Shown here one piece after another: positions 54,025-64,000 of a stretch of 64,000 nucleotides of DNA. The stretch is taken from NCBI GenBank assembly GCA_000004695.1, contig CM000152.2, forward strand, positions 1,312,001 to 1,376,000, read 5' to 3'. The stretch comes from Dictyostelium discoideum (Eukaryota). A program made the position numbers and the translations under genes. The notes below the pieces were generated by a model. It was not told the DNA's origin and made no database searches. It was given only the letters and a program-made list of their open reading frames with translations. How positions within the stretch are numbered: position 1 is the stretch's first letter; the number at the start of each line of letters is the position of its first letter.

Positions 54025-54105
54025 CTATAATATCAATTAAAAGCTTAAAAAAAAATATATATTAGTATACATATATGAATAATAATTTTTGAACTAATAA
54101 TGTAC

Positions 54106-54175
54106 CTACATAATCACCACATGATTCTTTATCAACTATATTATTTAGTTGATTTAATAATGATGGTTGACTCAT
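54106..54175 (-). CDS. sepA: Cdc7/Cdc15-like kinase, exon 1 ([23 protein letters not shown])
   Basis: ATG then a GTACAT donor; phase 1. Coordinates are not anchored by a track ORF, so ±1-2 nt. Confidence 0.55.
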
Positions 54176-54316
54176 CTTTTAATTGAAATATAATATTACG
54201 CAATCTTTTATTTAACTGCGTATTTTAGTGTCTTGTTTTATGTCAAATGTTTAAATTCATATAGTTGTTGTAATTATTGTGATTGTCAAAGTTTCTGTTT
54301 TTGAGGTGTATGAGTG

Positions 54317-54317
<1 letters not shown>

Positions 54318-54354
<37 letters not shown>

Positions 54355-54360
54355 CGTGCG
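54318..54360. repeat. (GT)~20 followed by (GTGC)3 in the bidirectional promoter between the kinase gene and Sua5
   Basis: Seen directly in the sequence. A GC-containing microsatellite is unusual against this AT-rich background. Confidence 0.9.
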
Positions 54361-54459
54361 TAGACTGTGTGTGTTATTTGTACAAGGAAGAAATAAAAAA
54401 TTTTAAAAAATTTTAAAATTTTAAATTTTTAGGGTCATAAAAAAAAAAAATAAAAAAAA

Positions 54460-54493
<34 letters not shown>

Positions 54494-54614
54494 AAATAAG
54501 GGCAGATTTTTTTTTAATTTTTTTTTTAATTTTTTTTATTATTTTTTTTTTTTTTTTTATTATTTTTATTTTTATTTTTTTTTTTTTTACGAATATTTTT
54601 TTTTTGTGTGATCG

Positions 54615-54794
54615 ATGTCAAGATTTTCGGTGTTAAATAATAATATAAGAAATCAAATTAAGAATAATTTGGGAAAACAATTTTCTACATTTAATAACAA
54701 TTTTAATTTTCAAAAAAATAATAACATTTTTCAAATTAATTATAAACCCACACATTTTAATTTCTTTTCTTCATCGTCATTCACAACAAAATTA

Positions 54795-54832
<38 letters not shown>

Positions 54833-54990
54833 TAAAATTTTAAATAGTAATAATAGTAGTAATATAAAATCTAATAAAATGTGTGATAGTAAAAATTTTG
54901 CCAAAATTGTAAATCCAACTTTAGAAAATTTAATTGAAGCTGGTAATAAAATTAAAAATGGAGGATTAGTTGCATTTCCAACTGAAACAG
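54615..54990 (+). CDS. Sua5/YrdC L-threonylcarbamoyladenylate synthase, exon 1 (N-rich leader plus start of YrdC domain)
   Basis: ...KIVNPTLENLIEAGNKIKNGGLVAFPTET then a GTAATT donor at 54991; phase 1. Confidence 0.8.
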
Positions 54991-55092
54991 GTAATTATTT
55001 TTTATAATAAAAAAAAATAAAAAAATAAAAAAATAAAAATAAAAATTTACTAATTATTATTATTATTTTTTTTTTTTTTAATTATACTATAG

Positions 55093-56192
55093 TATATGGA
55101 TTAGGTGCAAATGCATTAGATAAAGATGCAGTTTTATCAATTTTTAAAGCTAAAGGTAGACCATTAACAGATCCAGTGATTGTACATATTATCGAATCTG
55201 AATATGCATTGAAATTATTAAAATTAACAGAAAAACAAAAAGAGATATTCCAAGTGTTAAGTGATAATTTTTGGCCAGGACCATTGACAATCGTTGCAAA
55301 ATCAAGTGAATTAATTCCAATGATTGTTACAGCTGAAACTGGTTATGTTGGTGTTAGATTCCCAAATCATCCATTAGCACAACAATTAATTAAACATTCT
55401 GGTAAACCAATCGCAGCACCATCTGCAAATAGATTTGGTCATGTTTCACCAACAACTGCAAATCATGTTTTAGATGATTTAGCTGATTCACCAATTACAA
55501 TTTTAAATTCAATAAATAATAATAGTAGCTGCGATAATAAAGATATAGATGATAATAATAATAATACAAAAGAGGAAGAAGAAGCATGTAAAATTGGTAT
55601 TGAATCAACAGTTTTAAAGATAGTATCAGATTCAGAATTAGTTATTTTAAGAAGAGGTGGTGTTTCAGAGAAATCATTAAAATGCGTTATAAATAATAAA
55701 TTTAAAGATACAATTCAAATTACATCGATTAATAAAACTGTTGAAAATACAACTAGTCAAGGTCAAGAAGCACCTGGTCAATTATTGACTCATTATGCTC
55801 CTGATATTCAAACTTTTATTTTAGATAATATATTAAATAGTGAAAATGATAATAATAATAATAATAATAAAAATAATGATAATAGTTTAGATTTAAAAGA
55901 ATGTGTATATATAGATTTTGGTAATCAATTACCAAATGAATTTAAAAATCAATGTTTAGCATATAGAGATTTATCAGAGAATAAAAATATTTTAGAAGCA
56001 GCTAATCAATTATTTGCAGTTTTAAGATGGAGTGAAAATCAAGAAGGTGCTAAAATCATTTTATTACCAGATCTCAGAAAAGAACCATTTAAAAGTTTAG
56101 ATAATTCTGAAGCTGTTTTTGATAGAATTTTTAGAGCTGCAAGTGGAAAACAGGCAAATTTATCAACTTTTAATAAAAAAGTTTTATTTTAA
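55093..56192 (+). CDS. Sua5/YrdC, exon 2 (rest of YrdC domain plus Sua5 C-terminal domain)
   Basis: VYGLGANALDKDAVLSIFKAKGRPLTDPVIVHI...WPGPLTIV...GVRFPNHPLAQQLI...PSANRFG is the hallmark tRNA t6A Sua5/YrdC set. GIESTV..LRRG marks the Sua5 domain. Confidence 0.85.
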
Positions 56193-56427
56193 TCTAATAA
56201 AAAAATAAAAATAAAAATAAAAATAAATATGAAAAAATAATTTTTTGATTTTTTTTTTGATTTTTTTTTTTTTTTTTTTTTCCTCCAAAAATTTAAATTT
56301 TTGATTAAAAAAAAACAAAAATTTGTCACACAACAAAAAGAAAATCAAACCGAATTCGGTTACATTTTTAATTTTAATATTTTTATTATTTTTTTTATTT
56401 AATTATTTATTGTTGTAAAGAAAATAA

Positions 56428-56852
56428 ATGAGTGAAAAAGAAGAGTATAAAAATAATAATAATAATAATAATAATAATAAACAAATTGATAAGCAAAATA
56501 AAATACCAATAAAGGGTTATCATATTTCAGCTAAATTAACATACTTTAAATTATTGGAAGATTATTATTTTAGTAAAAGAAATGATTGGATCAAAGTAAA
56601 TGCACTTACAGCACCAATTGGTGAAGATTTTCAATCAACTATTGATTTATGTAACCAATATTCTAATGAAAATAATAATAATGATAATGATAATATTGAT
56701 AAATCAAAAATACCATTACTATATACAAATTTATCAATTGAACATAATGAAAAAACAATGGCTATAAGAGGACCTTATTTTTTAGATCATTCATCAATTG
56801 AATCATCAATTGAATCATCAATTGAATCATCATCATCATCATCATCATCATT

Positions 56853-56948
<96 letters not shown>

Positions 56949-57840
56949 TAATAAATTAGCTAGAATTATTAATAATAACTCAATAATTAGAAATGCAATT
57001 CCAAATTATCAAATTTTAACAGATAAATATTTATTATATAAACATTTATTTAATAGTAAATCAAAATATCAAGTACCAACATATTTTATAAATAGAGGTA
57101 AATTTGAAAATAAATTAGAAATTAATGATAATGATAATAATGATAGAGTTATTTGGTATTTAAAAGATCCATTATTAAATAAATCTCAAGGTATTAAATT
57201 ATTTAAATCAATTGAAAATGTATTAGAGTTTATTGAAATTAATGAAAATAAAAATAGCAGATATTTATTACAAAAAGAAATTCATCCAAAATTATTAAAT
57301 GGTATATTTAAATTTGATATTAGAATTTTCCTTGTTATAACATTTACACCAAACCATACATTAGTTTATATATTTAAAGAAGGTATTGTCAGATCAACAA
57401 ATTCACCCTACAAAAAAGGTGACATAACTAGAGATTCACAATTAACAAACTTTTGTTATCAACTTGAAATTAATCCTGATTTTCAAAATATTTTACCACT
57501 TTCCCAATTTGAAAAAAATAATAATAATAATAATAATAATGAAAATAATAATAATGAAAATAATAACAATGAAAATAATAATAATAATAAAATATTTAAT
57601 AAACTTAAAAATGCAACAAAGAATATATTTTCATCATTATTAAATATATTAAATAATCAAGCAAGTGGTGATAAAATAAGTGGTTGGTCATTATTTGGTC
57701 TAGATTTTATTTTAGATGAAAATGAAAATCCATTCCTTTTGGAAATTAATATTTCACCCTCAACTTTTCAAAAATCACCAAATGATGTTTCTTCAATTTG
57801 TCAAAATTTGATTAAACAAGTACCAATAATTACTTTTTGA
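56428..57840 (+). CDS. Tubulin-tyrosine ligase-like (TTL/TTLL family) protein with a ~45-residue poly-Ser insert
   Basis: The TTL ATP-grasp signatures are KFDIRIFLVITFTPNHTLVYIFKEGIVR and WSLFGLDFILDENENPFLLEINISPS. Confidence 0.75.
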
Positions 57841-58730
57841 TAAAATTTTCAATCAAAATAATCCAGACAATCAAAATAATCAAAATCAATATAAAATAAT
57901 TGAAAATGAAATTAATATAGATGGTACTGATTTTATTCAAATAATATCAAAAATTAAAGATCCAAATTTCCAAGATCAAAATTTTTTGGGATGTGATTTG
58001 GAATTGTTTTGAAAAAAAAAAAAAAAAAAATAAAATTAAATAAAAAAATAAAAAAAAAATAAAAAAATAAAAATAAAAATAAAATTTAAATAAAAAAAAA
58101 AAAATTTTAGAAAAAAAAAAAAAAAAAATTTTAGAAAAAAAAAAATAAAAAAACAATTTAATATTACATACCCCCTCAATTTCACATAATTATTAAAAGA
58201 CACACACACTCACACTCATTCAAAAAAACTATTTTTATATTTGATCAAAGTTTAAATAATGTTAACCAATGATGGTAAATATTAAATTTTTTTTTTTTTT
58301 TTAAATTTTTTTATTTTTATTTTTATGTTTTTTATTTTCTGTTTTTTGTTTTGATCATATTTTTTTGTTTTAGAAATTTTTATTTTTTATATTTTTATAT
58401 TTTTATATTTTTATATTTTTATTTTTAAAATGAATCCATAAATTAATCCAATTTTTAATTTATTTTAATTTTTAATTTTTTTATTTTTTATTTTTTTTTA
58501 TTTTTTTTTTATTATTTTTTACATTTACATTTCACCATGGTTTGTTTAATTTATTATTTTTTTATTTGATTGATTTTTTTTTTGGAAAAAATAAAAAAAA
58601 AAAAAAAAATAAAAAAAAAAAAGAAATACAAAATTATACAATTAATGAAAATGAGCTTTCCTATGTTAAAAAACATGATAATCTTTTAGCAACAACTAAA
58701 AAACCATTTCCAGTTTTATTAACATTTCAA

Positions 58731-61274
<2,544 letters not shown>

Positions 61275-61422
61275 AATAAAAAAAAAAAAAAAAAAAAAAA
61301 GGTATTAATTCATCTTTTTTTTTGTATTATAATGGTTATCAATTTTTAAAAAAAAAAATAAAATATTAGTAATTCTTTTTAAAGTTTAAGGTTCTATATA
61401 ATTTTACATTTTATTTATTTAT

Positions 61423-61476
<54 letters not shown>

Positions 61477-61684
61477 TTTGGTGAATTACATGTTGAAGTG
61501 GATAAAAGATATTATTTAATACAGTAAAAAAAAAGAAAAAATTGTTACCAATTATTAAAATTATTTTTACTATAATTATTATTACTTATTTTTGTTGTGT
61601 GGGTGTATGTGTGTGGTGTGTGTTGTGTGTTATTAGTTATGAAGAAGAAGAGGAAGAAGAAGAAGAAGAAAAAAAAAAAAAGTT

Positions 61685-62151
61685 TTATGGATTTTTCATT
61701 AAACTTTCAATTAATTCATTTAATGGACCTAATTCTTTTTTATCAACTAAATTGAATTCTTGAATAAAGTAGATAAAGTGCTTTAGAGATGTATTTAAAT
61801 GAGCTTCTTCACCAAGTGAAACGATCTTTTGGAAATGAGAATGATATATGTGAGCGTAAACTCTAAACAAACGTTTAAAGATTGTTTTTACAATTGATTG
61901 AAAGTTTTTAGGGAATGGTACTCCAATTTTTGATGGGAATATATTCTCATCATCCAATTGTGATTGAACCCAAGTCATTAAGAAATCAACATATTCCGGT
62001 GCTGATACCTTAATTGCCTTTTTAACTGTTGTTCCATCTGCCCAATGATATTCATATTTTGGTCCTGCTGACATTACTGGACAATCAGTACCTGTACAAA
62101 ATTCTGTAATTGTACCATATAACATATTAATTTGATTAAAGAAATCAGTTG
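61685..62151 (-). CDS. Mob1 (MOB kinase activator), exon 3
   Basis: TDFFNQINMLYGTITEFCTGTDCPVMSAGPKYEYHWADG...LFRVYAHIYHSHF...EEAHLNTSLKHFI is about 75% identical to human MOB1A. Acceptor caacAG at 62153-52. Confidence 0.9.
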
Positions 62152-62238
62152 CTGTTGAAGAAGAAAATAAAAAAATAAAAAAAGATTGTTAGTAGATTTA
62201 TTAAAATAAAATAAAATAAAATAATTGAAAACACATAC

Positions 62239-62399
62239 TATTTACAGCTAACCATTCATTAATATCCTCGCCAGTTGGTAATGAAACGGCTGATTTAAGA
62301 TTACCACTTCCTAAAGTTGCTTCTGCATATTGTTTAAGGTGATATTGCTTTGAACCTTCTTGAATGTTTTTTTTTGGTTTAAAGGTTTGACTCTTTTTT
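62239..62399 (-). CDS. Mob1, exon 2 (KKSQTFKPKKNIQEGSKQYHLKQYAEATLGSGNLKSAVSLPTGEDINEWLAVN)
   Basis: Colinear with human SKTFKPKKNIPEGSHQYELLKHAEATLGSGNLRQAVMLPEGEDLNEWIAVN. Donor A|GTATGT. Confidence 0.85.
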
Positions 62400-62546
62400 C
62401 TGTTTGTTAAATTACAATAAAAATAATAAATAATAAAGTGAATGTGTTAATGAAAACATTATTATTATTGTTGTTTTTTATTTATTATTTATTATTTATT
62501 ATTTATTATTATCAATATTGATTTAATGCAATTATCATATACGTAC

Positions 62547-62560
62547 CCAAAAATATTCAT
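62547..62560 (-). CDS. Mob1, exon 1 micro-exon (ATG AAT ATT TTT GG = MNIF+G)
   Basis: ATG then the donor GG|GTACGT. A phase-2 join to exon 2 recreates MNIFGKKSQTF, close to MSFLFGS.SKTF. Coordinates ±1-2 nt. Confidence 0.6.
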
Positions 62561-62703
62561 TTTTTGAAATAGATAATATTTTTTTTTTTTTTTTCTATCT
62601 GTCTACTTAAAAATATATAACCAATCTTTTTTTGTTTTTTTTTTTTTAAAAAATTTTTTTTTTTTTTTTTTTTTTATTTTATTTTTTTTTATTTTTATTT
62701 AAT

Positions 62704-62746
<43 letters not shown>

Positions 62747-64000
62747 TTCTAAAAATATTGTTCTTGTTAATTTAAATTGTTATTTGTTTTTCTTGTTATT
62801 TAATATTGAACTATTGGCTTTATGATGAAAAAAAAAAAAATTTCAGTTTTTTGTGAATTTTTTTTTTTTTTTTTTTATTTTTTTTTTTTTTTTTTTTTTG
62901 TTTTTTTTAAAAAAATTAAATAGTTATTTGAAATTCAAATAATGAATTATTTTTAGGTCCATGGAATCCACGAAAGGTCATCAAAACATATCTATGACCT
63001 TTTTCCCTCTTTTCCCTTAATTTTTTGTTTTTTATTTTTTTTATTTATTTTATTTAAGAAATGCAATACTTGTATTGAAAAAATAAAAAAAAAATAAAAA
63101 AAAAAAAATTGGATTTTTTTTTTTTTTTTTTTTTTTTATTTTTACATCTTAAAAATTCTTAATTCCTTTATTATTAGGTAAAAATAACAATAAAAAAAAT
63201 AATAATAATAATATTAATAATAGCAACAATAATAATAATAACAACAACAATAATAGTAATAGTAATAATAATAATAATAATAATAAAAATAATTTTTAAA
63301 TTTCATTAGGTTATATTCGATACTCTATTTGATGCTTTTTAAAACCTTTATCAAATAAGCATTTCTGAAGGGGTGGTCAGTTATCATAACCCAAAATATC
63401 CCGCTGAAAATAAAAATCTTTTTTTTTTTTTTTAATTAATTTTATTTTTTATTTTTTTTTTTTTATTATTTTTTTTTTTTTTGGCATCAAGCCAGCACAA
63501 TTTTTTTCATTTCATTCCAAAAAAAAAAAAAAAAAAAAAAAAAAAAGAAAGAGATTAAAAATAAAAAAATAAATAAATAAATAAATAATAAAAATAATAA
63601 ATACATAATAAATTTTTTAAAAAAAGATAATTGTGTTAACACAACAACTTTTTTTTTTTTTCCGTTATTATCTGATACTAAAATCTCATCTTACCACTTA
63701 AAAAAAAAAAAAAAAAAAAAAAAATAATAATAAAATAAAATAAAATAAAAAAAATTTCTTTTTAAAAAAAAAAAAAAAAAATTTTTGGTATTAAAATCAA
63801 AAATAAAAATAAAAATAATTCAAAAAACCACTTTTGTGTCCTTATTCTTTTAATTTTGTAATCATACATTCATATTAATATAAATAAATTATAATAAAAT
63901 TAAACTTCAATAAAATTAAACTTCAATAAAAAAAATAATAACATAAAAATAATTTTTTTTAAAAATAAAATATAAAATTAAAATAAATAAGTTGTAATAA

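Noticed and set aside
58261-58275. Possible 2-codon first exon ATGATG|GTAAAT upstream of the Asn-rich gene
   Set aside because: It cannot be joined in phase to the downstream frame with any plausible acceptor. The gene start is left at the first in-frame ATG (58731), with uncertainty noted.

Overview
This 64 kb window is AT-rich eukaryotic nuclear DNA, not prokaryotic. It has long poly(A)/poly(T) tracts, many (AAT)n/(ATT)n arrays inside ORFs that encode poly-Asn/Gln/Ser/Thr, and short AT-rich GT..AG introns. That signature fits Dictyostelium discoideum or a close dictyostelid. The ORF track evidently accepts TTG/GTG starts and ignores splicing, so many true genes appear as two or three separate or truncated ORFs. 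I reassembled about 22 protein-coding genes by eye from splice signals, reading-frame continuity and protein conservation. Splice-junction coordinates should be treated as accurate to a few nt; those I could anchor on ORF-track frames are the most reliable.

Left to right the genes are:
- a FAM135-like DUF676 esterase
- a small secreted protein
- an HssA-like Gly/Ser/Cys-rich peptide
- a Q/N-rich protein
- glucosamine-6-P deaminase
- a head-to-head pair, a secreted G8/beta-helix protein facing a receptor-like TKL kinase whose ectodomain is its paralog
- an MRH-domain lectin
- AMPK gamma
- a USP-like protein
- Sec61 alpha
- PRA1/Yip3
- mitochondrial ribosomal protein L27
- a TM plus zinc-ribbon protein
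- heme-less sulfite oxidase
- a large Clu-domain/TPR/SH2 protein
- an RGS protein
- an L-lectin-like protein
- a Cdc7(Sp)/Cdc15-type kinase (septase-like)
- Sua5/YrdC
- a tubulin-tyrosine-ligase-like protein
- a huge Asn-rich protein
- Mob1

The strongest non-coding signals are two matches to the Dictyostelium ncRNA upstream element (DUSE), at 21145 and 29272. The second lies in front of a GC-richer non-coding island that looks like a spliced snoRNA host transcript with an intronic box C/D candidate. I found no tRNA, rRNA, CRISPR or clearly recognisable transposon.
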